From: Isosphaeraceae bacterium
GTDB taxonomy: Bacteria; Planctomycetota; Planctomycetia; Isosphaerales; Isosphaeraceae
Direction of reading: 5' to 3'
Length of the DNA: 64,000 bases
Assembly (NCBI GenBank): GCA_052148775.1
Contig: JBKQHM010000804.1
Location: 1,576 to 65,575, forward strand
Positions 1-8,865 of the stretch are shown here, piece by piece. The first letter of the stretch is position 1. The number at the start of each line of letters is the position of its first letter. A program made the translations under genes and the position numbers. The notes under the pieces were generated by a model. That model did not search any database. It worked only from the letters and a program-made list of their open reading frames with translations, and had not been told where the DNA came from.

Positions 1-165
1 CCGCAGCGCGCGATGGAGTTGATCCAGAAGGCGGTGCACCTGCTTCCCGGCGATCAACAACGCGCGTTCTGGTCCAAGACCATTCGAACGGACCCGGCCC
101 TCACCACGCTGCGGCGACGCCCCGCCTTCGTCCAGTTGGAAACCTCGTTGATGCGAAGGGACTGA
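1..165 (+). CDS. 3' end of an upstream gene (partial; function not assignable)
   Basis: Frame 1 is open from the window edge to TGA 163-165 (...LIQKAVHLLPGDQQRAFWSKTIRTDPALTTLRRRPAFVQLETSLMRRD*). Third positions are GC-rich like neighbouring genes. The stop lies 3 nt before the next ATG, implying the same operon. The tail resembles helical/TPR-type C-termini, but 54 aa is too little to name. Confidence 0.4.
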   Translation, partial: PQRAMELIQKAVHLLPGDQQRAFWSKTIRTDPALTTLRRRPAFVQLETSLMRRD

Positions 166-168
166 CTG

Positions 169-3100
169 ATGAGTTCGCGATCGCGGCCCAAGGCCCGGCG
201 TGACCACCGTCTTCGGAGACTGACTTCGTTGCCGCGGGGCTTGGAGTGGCTCGATCGTCGCACCCTGTTAGCCCTCTCCCCGTTGGCCCTGGCGACGCCC
301 CTGGACTTCAGCTCCCGCGACTCGATCCAGATCTCGCACGCACTGACTACACCCGATGACGTCGATCTCTACGCCGCGACGCTCTGGGCCGGCGACACGC
401 TCGACATCAACATCGTCGCCGAAGAGACGGGCAGTGGGTTGGCCAGCCTCCTGCGGGTCTTCAATGCGGACGGGACGCCCCTGTCGCTGGACAACCAGCA
501 GGGGGGCGACCCGCACCTGACCTTCCAGGCGGCAACCACCGGCACCTACTACATCGGTGTCAGCAGCGCCCCCAACGACAACTACAATCCGGCGCTCTCG
601 AACAGCGGCATCGGTGACACAATGGGCCCGTACGAGCTGGACGTGGACCTCACGAAGACCGGTCCCCTCTTGCCCGACCTGACCGGCAGTTCGTTCCGTG
701 CCGGTGCGGACATGTCGGCGTCCGGCGACACGGTCCCCGTCAACTTCACCGTCGAGAACCGGGGCGGCGCCGACCCAGGAAACTTCCAGGTTCAGGTGCT
801 GCTAGACGACAGCAATCTCTTCAACAGCTCGTCGCAGGTATTGGCGACGTTCTCCCGCCAGCAACTGGTCCCCGGCGCTTCGGGCCAGGACTTCTCATCG
901 CCGAGCGGCTTCCACGTCGTGATGCCGGTTGGCCTGTCATCGGGGCAGTATTACCTCGGAACGCGGATCATCCCCGACCCAGCCGTGCCCGAAGCCGGTC
1001 TGAACGACAAGAGCGGCGTCCATCGCGGCGAGGACTGGGAACCACTCACGATCGTCACCCGATCCGCGGCGGGGGTGACCAACCTGTCGCTGGTTGATGC
1101 CGGCCTGCGCACGGAAGAGACGGGAACCGCGAGCACGATTCAGGAGGGGGTGTACACCCTCACCGTGACCGGCGGCATGGGCGATGGCGAGCTGACGGCC
1201 GAAGTCGACGGCATCGGCGGCTTGCTCCCCCGACTGACGCTCTCCGATCCGACGGGCCAGACCCTGGTCCAGTCGGATAGCGATCGGATCGTCCAGGCAC
1301 TTTTTCCCGGGACGTATCTTCTCACCGTCACCGCGCAAGCCGTGGCGGGTACTTTCCGGCTCGACACCTCGTTCACCTCAACCAGTCCGATCCTGGCTCC
1401 GCTCCCGAATGCGCTCTCGGGCGGATTCGGCCTGGTCCGGCCGGCCATGGGCGACTTGACCAATAACGGAATCCTCGATCTGGTCGTTCCCGACCAACTC
1501 GACGACACGGTCGACGTTTACATGGGCAGCGGCGATGGCACGTTCCAGCCGCCGGAAGTCATTAACGTCGGCGCCGAGCCTCGCTTCGTGACGCTGGCCG
1601 ACCTGACCGGCGATGGTAAGCTGGACATCGTCACCACCAACTGGCGCGACGGCACAGTGAGCGTGCTGCTGGGCAATGGCGACGGCACTTTTCAGCCGGC
1701 GAAACACGACACGGTTGGACAGGACGACGGGGCGGTGGCGGTCGCAGACCTGACCGGCGACGGCATCCCGGACATCGTCACCGCCAACTATGCCGATAAG
1801 ACTGTGAGCGTCTTGGTCGGCAACGGCGACGGCACCTTCCTGCCCCAGCGAGTTTATCCCGTCGGCCCTGGCCCGATTGGGCTGGTCGTGGCGGACCTCA
1901 ATGGCAACGGAATCCCCGACATCGTGACTGCGAATACGTTCGGCGATGATGTCAGCGTGTTGATGGGCAAGGGCGACGGCACCTTTCAACCACAGCAAAC
2001 CTTCGCCGCGGGAGAAGCCCCCGGTTCGATCGCCGTGGACGATTTGAACGGGGACGGCAAGCCCGACCTCGTGGTCGACAACACCTACTCCAACACCGTG
2101 AGCGTATTGCTGGGTAACGAGAACGGCACGTTTCAACTCCCGCAATCCTACGCGACAGGTCCAGGACCGGATTGGGTCGTGGCGGCGGACCTGACCGGCG
2201 ACGGCATTCCGGACATCGTCGCAGCCAACAGCGACGGCACGGTCAGCGTGTTGCTGGGCAACGGCGACGGCACGTTCCAGACGCAGAGGGTTTTCTCCGG
2301 CGACTTCCCGGGTGAGCCCGTGGTCGGTGATCTGAATGGAGACGGCAAGCCCGACATCGTCGTCGCGGGCGGCGGCGCGATCAGTGTGTTGCTGGGCAAT
2401 GGCGACGGCACGTTCCAGACGCCCCCGGCCACCACCTCCCCTGCTCTCGATCTGATCCCCTATGCCGTGACAGTGGCGGACCTGACCGGCGATGGTCGGG
2501 CCGACATCATCACCGCCAACATCAACGACGACAGCGTGAGCGTGCTCCTCCAGAATAGCGACGGCACGTTCCAGACCAGGCAGACGTTCCCGACCGGAGC
2601 CGGAACGGGCCCGGGGGCGGTGGCGGTCGCGGACCTGACCGGCGACGGCATCCCCGACATCGTGACCGCCGATTACCACAGCAACAGCGTGAGCGTGTTG
2701 ATGGGCAAGGGCGACGGCACCTTCCAGGCGCCGGAAATCCTCGCCGTGGGCGATTCGCCCAATGATCTAACCGTGGCGGACCTGCGGGACGACGGCAAGG
2801 AGGACATCGTTACCGCCAACGAAGGCAGCAACACGGTCAGCGTGTTGATGGGCAATGGCGACGGCACCTTCGAACCCCAGCAGACTTACGCCGTGGGCTC
2901 ACGCCCCGTCTCTGTGACGTTGGCCGACCTGACCGGCGACGGCGTCCTCGACATCATCACCGCGAATCATCATGACGGCACGGTCAGTGTGCTGATGGGA
3001 AACGGCGACGGCACCTTCCAAACCGCGAAAGAATACACGGCGGGAGGGAGTGCGGGGAGGGCCAATTCGGTCGTGGTGGCGGACCTGACCGGCGACGGCA

Positions 3101-6100
3101 TCCCCGACCTCGTCGTGGCCAACAGCGCCTCCAACACCGTGAGTGTCTTGCTGGGCAACGGGAACGGCACCTTCCAGGCCGCGAAAGTCTACGCGGTCGG
3201 ATCGGACCCGCGTGGGGTGGCGGTGGCGGAGCTTTCCGGCGACGGTATCGAGGACATCGTCACCGCCAACTACGGCGACGGCACAGTGAGCGTCTTGATG
3301 GGCAACGGGAATGGCACCTTCGCGGCGCAGCAAACCTTCGCGGTTGGAGAGGGGGCTTACGGGGTCGCGGTGGCGGACCTCAGCGGCGACGGAAAGCTCG
3401 ACGTTGTCACCGCAAACGAGAGCGCGGGTACAGTCAGTGTATTGCTGGGCAATGGCGACGGCGAGTTTGAGCCCCAAGAGGTCCTCCAACTCGGCGCGAA
3501 CAAGTATTCCGCGATAGTGGCGGACGTCAACGGCGACGGCAATCCCGACCTCATCGAGACCAGCCGGCTCCAGGGGACCGTGAGCGTGCAACTGGGCAAC
3601 GGCGACGGCACCTTTTCGCAGGGATCGACCCTGGACGTCGATGCCGAGCCCATCGCCGTCGCGGTGGCGGACCTCAACGGCGACGGGCGGGAGGACATCG
3701 TGACGACCAACTCCGCCGACAACACCGTGAGCGTATTGCTGGGCGATGGCGACGGCACCTTCCAGCCTCAGAAGACCTTCGCCGTCGGCCGCAGCCCGCG
3801 CGGGTTGGCGGTTGCGGTCTTGACCGGCGACGATATCCCCGACCTCGTCGTGGCCAACTACGATGACGATACGGTGAGCGTGCTCCTGGGCAATGGCGAT
3901 GGCACCTTCCAGCCGCAGGTCGTTTATACGGTCGGAGACCGCCCCTACGCGGTTGCGGTGGCGACGCTGACGGGTGACGGCATTCCGGACATCATCGTCA
4001 CCAACGCTGGCGGTGACAGCGTCAGCGTGCTTCTGGGCCGGGGCAACGGCACCTTTGAACCTCAGGAGACATTCGCCGTCGGCCGACAGCCGTTCGCCCT
4101 GGCGGTGGCGGACCTGACCGGCGACGGGATCCAGGACATCGTCACCGCCAACTACGCCGACGACACCGTGAGCGTTCTCCTGGGCGATGGTGACGGCTCG
4201 TTCCAGAGTCAGACGGTTTTCCGAACCGGCAACCAACCGTCGTCGGTCGTGGCGGCGGAGGTCAACGGCGACGGCCTGCCCGGCCTGGTGACCGCCGACG
4301 CAGGCGACAACACGGTGAGCGTGCTGCGGAACAACGGCAATGGGTCGTTCGAGGCGCCGCTTACCCTCGCCGCCGAGCAGCAACCGATCCAGACCTTGTT
4401 GGCCGACGTCAACAGCGACGGACTGCCCGACCTGGTGACCGTGAGCAATCACGACAGCGCGATCGGCGTTCTGCTGAATACGGGTGCCGACACCTTCGAG
4501 CCCGCCTCGGCGGCCGTCGCGGTCGGAATGAGCAATACGCCGTTCCTGGCGGACCTCACCGGCAACGGCATCGACGATAGTGTGGTCCTGGATGGATCGG
4601 GCAATATCCTCTTCCGCGCGGGACTGGGGGGCGCGAGCAATTCCTTTGCTCCGCCTGTGATCCTCAACCCCGGCCACCCGGCACGCTCGATCGCGATCGT
4701 GAACATCGGGTCGGGATTGGCCGTCGCCGCGGCCGACGCCGACTTCGATCCCCAGCTCTCCACCAACCAATTCGTCTTTACCGTCTCGATTTACACCTTC
4801 CGCAAACCGAGCGATCTCCCCGTCGAATACGGACCACCTCCGCAGCTCAGCTCGACATACACGGGCCCTGCGGACGCCGGTTTCACCCGCAGCATTGCCT
4901 TCACAACCACGTCCCTACCCACCAGCGTCATCGCCGCCGACCTGACGGGGAACGGCCTGGACGACCTGATCGTCGCCGACGCCCTGAACAATAGCGTCAC
5001 CATCGCCTTGCAGACCGCGTCGGGACAGATCGGTGCTCCGATCACGGTCCCCGTGGGCGAGACGCCATCGGACATCGCCGTCGCGGACGTCAACGGCAAT
5101 TCTCTGCCGGACATCATCGTGACCGATCAGGCTTCCGGCGAGGTGACCGTCCTGCTCAACGATCCCGCGCATACTTTCAGCCAGGAGCTAACTCTTAGCA
5201 CCAGCACGGAGCCGAGCACTCTGAATACGACTTCGGGCAGCCCCGCCCTCAGCTCGGTCGCCCTGCCGGTCAGCATGGTCTCCGGGGACTTCCTGAGCGA
5301 CGGTCAGACGGACCTCGTGGTGGTCGATCGCGGCACGCACACCATCACGCTGTTACCCGGGGACGACAACGGCGGCTTCCTTGCGCCGGAACTGTCGATG
5401 ACCACCTCGACCAGCGACGGCTTCCATATCAACAACGACCCCGGCGCGATGGTGGCCGGCGCCTTCGATCGCAACGGCCCGATGGATCTCGCCGTGCTGA
5501 TGGAAGACACCGGCCAGGTCTGGATTTATACCCCCGTGGGCAATGGCACGTTCCGCCACACCTTCAGCATCGCGGTCGGCGAAGACGCCACCGGGCTCTC
5601 GTTGGTCCCCGGGAACGGACCGGGACTGCTGGATCTCGTGGTGGGCAACACCTTCGGCGACGTATTGATCCTCGATGGCAAGGGGGACGGCACGTTCCAG
5701 ATCAGCGGAGCGGCGGTTTCGCTGTCAGTGGTCCCCAACCTGCTCGGCGCCGGTGAGGCGGGCGTGCTGGTGGCGAACCAGGCGAGCAACCGCGTGACGG
5801 TCCAGGCCCCATCGGCCAACGGCAGCCAGTACAGGACCGTGTCGACACTGGGCAGCGCCTCATCGTCGCAGTTGGCGCCCGGCTATGTCGAGTGGGCGTA
5901 CCTCGACAGCGGCTCGACCTTGCCCGACGCCATCGTGGTGAGCACGGGAAGCAACGCGGTGGTGGTCTATCGGACGCTGTCGATCACCGATGGCGTGCCC
6001 ACCTTCGCGGCGCCGCGGACTTACTTCGTCGGCACCTCACCGGCGAGCGTCACGGTGGCCGACATCAACGACGACGGAATCCCCGACCTGCTGGTCGCCG

Positions 6101-7566
6101 ACCAGGGGAGCAACGACGTCTCGGTGTTGTTCGGTTCCTACGACGCCTCGGGGGACTGGGTCGGTATCGCCGGTCCGCGCCTCAAGTCCGGCGGCGACGG
6201 CCCGATCGCCGTCGAGGTGGGCGACCTGACCGGCAACGGCGTGCTGGACCTGGCGGTCGTCAATGGGGGCAGCGGCACGGTGACTCTGCTGCCCGGCGTC
6301 GGCGGTGGCTTCTTCGATGACCAGCACCCTCTAACACTCTTCAACTTGGGAGGCGCCGTGGTTCAGCCTCCGAGCTTCGTGGCCAACACGGGCGTGGGCT
6401 ACGCGGTGACGGCCGTCGGGGACCTCGTCCGGTTCGACTTGAACGACTCCGGCGGCGGTGCCCGCGTGGTCTTCGCCGGTCAACGTATCGTGGCGGCGCA
6501 AGCCCTGTCGAGTGGACAGGTCGTGGTGGCGCTGGCCAGCGGAGCCGTCGAGCTCCTGGCCCCGCAGGAGGGCGGCCTGACCGTCTCATCACTCTTGAAA
6601 GCGCAAGGGGGAATCCCCGCCTTGCCCAGCTCGATCGAGGTGCTGAAAAACGCCAGCGGGAGCTTCGACGTGCTGGTGAGCAGCCAGGGCTCCGACACCA
6701 TCTACGTCTACGCGGCGGGGGGGGCGGGGGCTTTCACGCCGGGGACGTTCGGGCAATCCGGAGGGGCGTTTTCCTCGACGGTCTCGCAGCCGTTCGCCTC
6801 CTCGAGCTCGTCCTTCAACCAGGCTGCGTTCCTTCTGACCACCGCGAGTGAGTCGAGCGCCAGCGAGTCGTCGTCGGCCGCGAGCACATCCTCGGCGTCG
6901 AGCGCGGTTGCCGCGACGACGGGCGGGTCCGTGACTGCGGGATTGTCGCTCGGCGGATTCGCTTCGACGCTCAACACGCTCTTCGAGGGGGCGAGTGTCG
7001 CGATCCTCGTCGCGGTCCAGGGCAATTCCTACCTGAACGTGCCGGTACTCGACTTCGGATCCCAGTACGGCGACGAGGCCGCCGATGTCGCAAGACGGAT
7101 GCCCGAGCTGTCGGCGAGGTACCCGATCGGCGACACGTCGCCATTGTGGCGCCTGATCGTGGGGATCGATGAGGCGTTGAAGGACTATCACGGTTCCGGG
7201 GAATCCGCTGTGCCGGGGGTTGTCGATCTCCTGCAAGATCCCTGGAATGAGGACCTTTTTTGGCGACAACAACGGGCGCAATCCCGCGGGCCCGCCCCCG
7301 ATCCGGCTGGCGGGCTGAAGGGCGACGAACCGGGAGCCGTACGGGACGAACCGCCTCATGCCCCCGGCAGGAACGACCGAGGATCGACCGGGCTTTTCGA
7401 CGGTCCCGGTCGCGACGAAGCGGAACCGCTGGCCCCGGGCCTGATGGAGCGCATTGGAGCCGGCCTACAAGCCGTGGCCGCCGCCGTGCTCTTTCTGACA
7501 CCGCCCTTCGCGAGCCGGGCTCGTGAATCGCGGTCCGATTCACCCTCGAGCGAGTCCAGACGATGA
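169..7566 (+). CDS. giant secreted/surface FG-GAP (VCBS-type) repeat protein, 2465 aa
   Basis: ATG at 169. Arg-rich N-terminus followed by LEWLDRRTLL. PPC/pre-peptidase-like module (DVDLYAATLWAGDTLDINI...YYIGVSS). CARDB-like module (VPVNFTVENRGG). At least 21 consecutive ~60-aa repeats (ADLTGDGIPDIVTAN..TVSVLLGNGDGTFQP), then degenerate FG-GAP units to about aa 2080. Ser/Ala-rich low-complexity stretch, then a C-terminal hydrophobic helix (GAGLQAVAAAVLFLTPPF) with a basic tail. Confidence 0.9.
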   Translation: MSSRSRPKARRDHRLRRLTSLPRGLEWLDRRTLLALSPLALATPLDFSSRDSIQISHALTTPDDVDLYAATLWAGDTLDINIVAEETGSGLASLLRVFNADGTPLSLDNQQGGDPHLTFQAATTGTYYIGVSSAPNDNYNPALSNSGIGDTMGPYELDVDLTKTGPLLPDLTGSSFRAGADMSASGDTVPVNFTVENRGGADPGNFQVQVLLDDSNLFNSSSQVLATFSRQQLVPGASGQDFSSPSGFHVVMPVGLSSGQYYLGTRIIPDPAVPEAGLNDKSGVHRGEDWEPLTIVTRSAAGVTNLSLVDAGLRTEETGTASTIQEGVYTLTVTGGMGDGELTAEVDGIGGLLPRLTLSDPTGQTLVQSDSDRIVQALFPGTYLLTVTAQAVAGTFRLDTSFTSTSPILAPLPNALSGGFGLVRPAMGDLTNNGILDLVVPDQLDDTVDVYMGSGDGTFQPPEVINVGAEPRFVTLADLTGDGKLDIVTTNWRDGTVSVLLGNGDGTFQPAKHDTVGQDDGAVAVADLTGDGIPDIVTANYADKTVSVLVGNGDGTFLPQRVYPVGPGPIGLVVADLNGNGIPDIVTANTFGDDVSVLMGKGDGTFQPQQTFAAGEAPGSIAVDDLNGDGKPDLVVDNTYSNTVSVLLGNENGTFQLPQSYATGPGPDWVVAADLTGDGIPDIVAANSDGTVSVLLGNGDGTFQTQRVFSGDFPGEPVVGDLNGDGKPDIVVAGGGAISVLLGNGDGTFQTPPATTSPALDLIPYAVTVADLTGDGRADIITANINDDSVSVLLQNSDGTFQTRQTFPTGAGTGPGAVAVADLTGDGIPDIVTADYHSNSVSVLMGKGDGTFQAPEILAVGDSPNDLTVADLRDDGKEDIVTANEGSNTVSVLMGNGDGTFEPQQTYAVGSRPVSVTLADLTGDGVLDIITANHHDGTVSVLMGNGDGTFQTAKEYTAGGSAGRANSVVVADLTGDGIPDLVVANSASNTVSVLLGNGNGTFQAAKVYAVGSDPRGVAVAELSGDGIEDIVTANYGDGTVSVLMGNGNGTFAAQQTFAVGEGAYGVAVADLSGDGKLDVVTANESAGTVSVLLGNGDGEFEPQEVLQLGANKYSAIVADVNGDGNPDLIETSRLQGTVSVQLGNGDGTFSQGSTLDVDAEPIAVAVADLNGDGREDIVTTNSADNTVSVLLGDGDGTFQPQKTFAVGRSPRGLAVAVLTGDDIPDLVVANYDDDTVSVLLGNGDGTFQPQVVYTVGDRPYAVAVATLTGDGIPDIIVTNAGGDSVSVLLGRGNGTFEPQETFAVGRQPFALAVADLTGDGIQDIVTANYADDTVSVLLGDGDGSFQSQTVFRTGNQPSSVVAAEVNGDGLPGLVTADAGDNTVSVLRNNGNGSFEAPLTLAAEQQPIQTLLADVNSDGLPDLVTVSNHDSAIGVLLNTGADTFEPASAAVAVGMSNTPFLADLTGNGIDDSVVLDGSGNILFRAGLGGASNSFAPPVILNPGHPARSIAIVNIGSGLAVAAADADFDPQLSTNQFVFTVSIYTFRKPSDLPVEYGPPPQLSSTYTGPADAGFTRSIAFTTTSLPTSVIAADLTGNGLDDLIVADALNNSVTIALQTASGQIGAPITVPVGETPSDIAVADVNGNSLPDIIVTDQASGEVTVLLNDPAHTFSQELTLSTSTEPSTLNTTSGSPALSSVALPVSMVSGDFLSDGQTDLVVVDRGTHTITLLPGDDNGGFLAPELSMTTSTSDGFHINNDPGAMVAGAFDRNGPMDLAVLMEDTGQVWIYTPVGNGTFRHTFSIAVGEDATGLSLVPGNGPGLLDLVVGNTFGDVLILDGKGDGTFQISGAAVSLSVVPNLLGAGEAGVLVANQASNRVTVQAPSANGSQYRTVSTLGSASSSQLAPGYVEWAYLDSGSTLPDAIVVSTGSNAVVVYRTLSITDGVPTFAAPRTYFVGTSPASVTVADINDDGIPDLLVADQGSNDVSVLFGSYDASGDWVGIAGPRLKSGGDGPIAVEVGDLTGNGVLDLAVVNGGSGTVTLLPGVGGGFFDDQHPLTLFNLGGAVVQPPSFVANTGVGYAVTAVGDLVRFDLNDSGGGARVVFAGQRIVAAQALSSGQVVVALASGAVELLAPQEGGLTVSSLLKAQGGIPALPSSIEVLKNASGSFDVLVSSQGSDTIYVYAAGGAGAFTPGTFGQSGGAFSSTVSQPFASSSSSFNQAAFLLTTASESSASESSSAASTSSASSAVAATTGGSVTAGLSLGGFASTLNTLFEGASVAILVAVQGNSYLNVPVLDFGSQYGDEAADVARRMPELSARYPIGDTSPLWRLIVGIDEALKDYHGSGESAVPGVVDLLQDPWNEDLFWRQQRAQSRGPAPDPAGGLKGDEPGAVRDEPPHAPGRNDRGSTGLFDGPGRDEAEPLAPGLMERIGAGLQAVAAAVLFLTPPFASRARESRSDSPSSESRR
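1441..4503 (+). repeat. tandem coding repeat array (~21 FG-GAP units of ~180-190 nt)
   Basis: Recurring nucleotide blocks such as gtgagcgtgttgctgggcaa(c/t)ggcgacggcac(c/g)ttccag and gcggacctgaccggcgacggcatcccggacatcgtcaccgccaac, about every 186 nt, all in the reading frame of the 169..7566 gene. Confidence 0.85.
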
Positions 7567-8633
7567 GCGTCGCATCTCCTTCCTCCTCCAACCGGCAGAA
7601 CGAACCCTGGGTCGAAGTGACCGGTTCGACACGGCTGGCAGCCTGGCTGGCCGAGCAACAGGTCAGCCTGGCGTTCACGACCTACCAGTCCGGCAAGCTG
7701 TTCCTCATGGGGCACAAGAAGGAAGGTGGGCTGGCGGTCGCCGAGCGGACGCTCAACCGCGCGATGGGCCTCTGGGCCGACGGCCAGACGCTCTGGCTGA
7801 GCACGCTCTATCAGGTCTGGCGATTCGAGAACCTGCTCAGGCCCGGCGAGCTCTACGAGGGACACGACCGGCTCTATGTGCCGAAGGTGGCGAACACCAC
7901 CGGCGACCTGGACATCCACGACATCGCCATCGATCACGACGGCCGTCCGGTGTTCGTCGCCACGAAGTTCGGCTGCATCGCGACCCTGTCGATGCGGTCC
8001 AGCTTCACCCCGCTCTGGCGGCCGGGGTTCCTGAGCAAGCTGGCCGCGGAGGATCGCTGCCACCTCAATGGCATGGCCCTGGAGGAGGGCCGCCCGCGCT
8101 ATGTCACGGCGGTCAGTCAGAGCGACGTGGTCGACGGCTGGCGCGACCGTCGCCAGAATGGCGGGGTCGTGCTGGAAGTGCCGGAGAGCCGCGTGCTCGC
8201 GTCGGGGCTCTCGATGCCGCACTCACCCCGGCTCTACCGGGGCCGGCTCTGGCTACACAATTCCGGCGCGGGGCAGTTCGGCAGCATCGATCCCGGCGGC
8301 GGGCCATTCGAGGCGCTGACCTTCTGCCCGGGCTATTTGCGCGGACTGACATTCGTCGGCGATTACGCCGTGCTCGGCCTGTCCCGGCCGCGCCACGACA
8401 AGACCTTCGGCGGCCTGGCGCTGGATGCCGAGCTGGCCAATCGCGACGCGGAGCCCCGTTGCGGCCTGCTGATCATCGACCTGCGTACCGGCGACGTCGC
8501 CCACTGGATCCGTGTGGAAGGGATGGTCCGCGAGCTCTACGACGTGGCCGTTCTCCCCGGAGTTTCCCGGCCCATGGCGCTTGGTTTCAAGTCGGACGAG
8601 ATTCAGCGGATCATCACCATCGGCGAGGATTGA
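7563..8633 (+). CDS. TIGR03032-like uncharacterised protein (beta-propeller-like), 356 aa
   Basis: The ATG at 7563 overlaps the stop of the FG-GAP gene (ATGA). Motifs LAFTTYQSGKLFLMG, CHLNGMA, MPHSPR and CPGYLRGL match my recollection of the TIGR03032 family. Assignment is from memory, not an HMM run. Confidence 0.75.
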   Translation: MSVASPSSSNRQNEPWVEVTGSTRLAAWLAEQQVSLAFTTYQSGKLFLMGHKKEGGLAVAERTLNRAMGLWADGQTLWLSTLYQVWRFENLLRPGELYEGHDRLYVPKVANTTGDLDIHDIAIDHDGRPVFVATKFGCIATLSMRSSFTPLWRPGFLSKLAAEDRCHLNGMALEEGRPRYVTAVSQSDVVDGWRDRRQNGGVVLEVPESRVLASGLSMPHSPRLYRGRLWLHNSGAGQFGSIDPGGGPFEALTFCPGYLRGLTFVGDYAVLGLSRPRHDKTFGGLALDAELANRDAEPRCGLLIIDLRTGDVAHWIRVEGMVRELYDVAVLPGVSRPMALGFKSDEIQRIITIGED

Positions 8634-8673
8634 ATCCCCACTCGAGCCTCAGAATGGGGGCGTGGTCGTAGAG

Positions 8674-8693
8674 TTCGGGGCATCAGCCCCGAA
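8674..8693 (+). terminator. GC hairpin downstream of the TIGR03032-like gene (possible terminator, no U-tract)
   Basis: TTCGGGGC-ATCA-GCCCCGAA: perfect 8-bp stem with a 4-nt loop, 40 nt after the stop codon. Confidence 0.35.
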
Positions 8694-8865
8694 ATGCCGA
8701 AGACGAAGCAAGCGACTGTTTGCTCGCTCTCTCCAAGAACAATCAGCCTGGCGGATCGATGGAGACCATTGATCCGGGGCGTTAGAATGGATTGCTGGAA
8801 GCGTCCAGTGGATCGACTTGATCCGAGACGGTTCATCCAGGCCGAAGACCGGCAGCGAGCCAACG

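Noticed and set aside
1441-4503. Regular ~186-nt periodicity that could superficially resemble a CRISPR-like array
   Set aside because: The period is far too long. The 'spacers' are as conserved as the 'repeats'. Everything is in one protein reading frame (FG-GAP units), and there are no cas genes.
1378-4770. Long minus-strand ORFs (433 aa and 623 aa, plus smaller ones) inside the FG-GAP gene
   Set aside because: They are antisense shadows of a GC3-rich repeat gene. Their products are Arg/Gly/Asp/His-rich and repetitive in mirror image of the sense repeats. There are no independent motifs, and the sense frame has a clear domain structure.
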